Source of the DNA: an uncultured virus (IMG/VR IMGVR_UViG_3300043443_000309)
Taxonomy: Duplodnaviria > Heunggongvirae > Uroviricota > Caudoviricetes
Strand: one strand, 5' to 3'
DNA length: 45,956 nucleotides
IMG/VR virus record: IMGVR_UViG_3300043443_000309
A program made the translations under genes and the position numbers. The notes under the pieces are model-generated. The model saw only the letters and a program-made list of their open reading frames with translations, searched no databases and was not told the DNA's origin. Below are positions 45,870 through 45,956 of the stretch, piece after piece (the stretch's first letter is position 1; each line of letters starts with the position of its first letter).

Positions 45870-45956
45870 ATGTCTCAACCTGAAATGAAAATCGAACAGG
45901 ATGGAACAAAAATGTGGTATCTCAACGGCGAACTTCATCGCGAAGATGGTCCTGCT
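45870..45956 (+). CDS. HREDGPA-repeat protein, 3'-partial
   Basis: Identical to the start of the 44176 gene up to the window end. Confidence 0.75.
   Translation, partial: MSQPEMKIEQDGTKMWYLNGELHREDGPA

Noticed and set aside
42379..45956. Diversity-generating retroelement acting on HREDGPA repeats
   Set aside because: Differences are not adenine-specific (TGG/TGT/TAT/CGT) and no reverse transcriptase is present
1..45956. Stop-codon reassignment
   Set aside because: Conserved genes are full length in code 11 and end in TAA, TAG and TGA; no suppressor tRNA seen

Overview
About 46 kb of a large dsDNA bacteriophage genome (jumbo/huge-phage-like, standard genetic code, almost all genes on the + strand). 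The left ~29 kb is a replication, metabolism and chaperone region: a divergent GroES, ThyX, two glutaredoxins, DnaE, UvsE, dUTPase, IMPDH/GMP reductase, ClpP-like protease, GroEL, cupin, NUDIX, serine protease, phosphomannomutase, nucleotidyltransferase and SpoU methylase. Putative late/virion genes preceded by an ACTAYTTA motif are interspersed. The right ~17 kb is an accessory region of small genes, 13 tRNA genes (one with a rearranged, D-armless fold), a ~190-nt structured ncRNA candidate, and duplicated or shuffled gene blocks bounded by a repeated triple-TTGAC sigma70-type promoter module. The most striking pattern involves five free-standing HNH endonuclease cassettes. Four lie between a truncated 5' stub of a gene (tRNA-Tyr, tRNA-Leu, an unidentified tRNA, uvsE) and an intact downstream gene. 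In three of these the intact gene is a diverged copy of the stubbed one, suggesting target-disrupting, target-restoring mobile nucleases. All assignments are by eye from motifs; no database searches were run.
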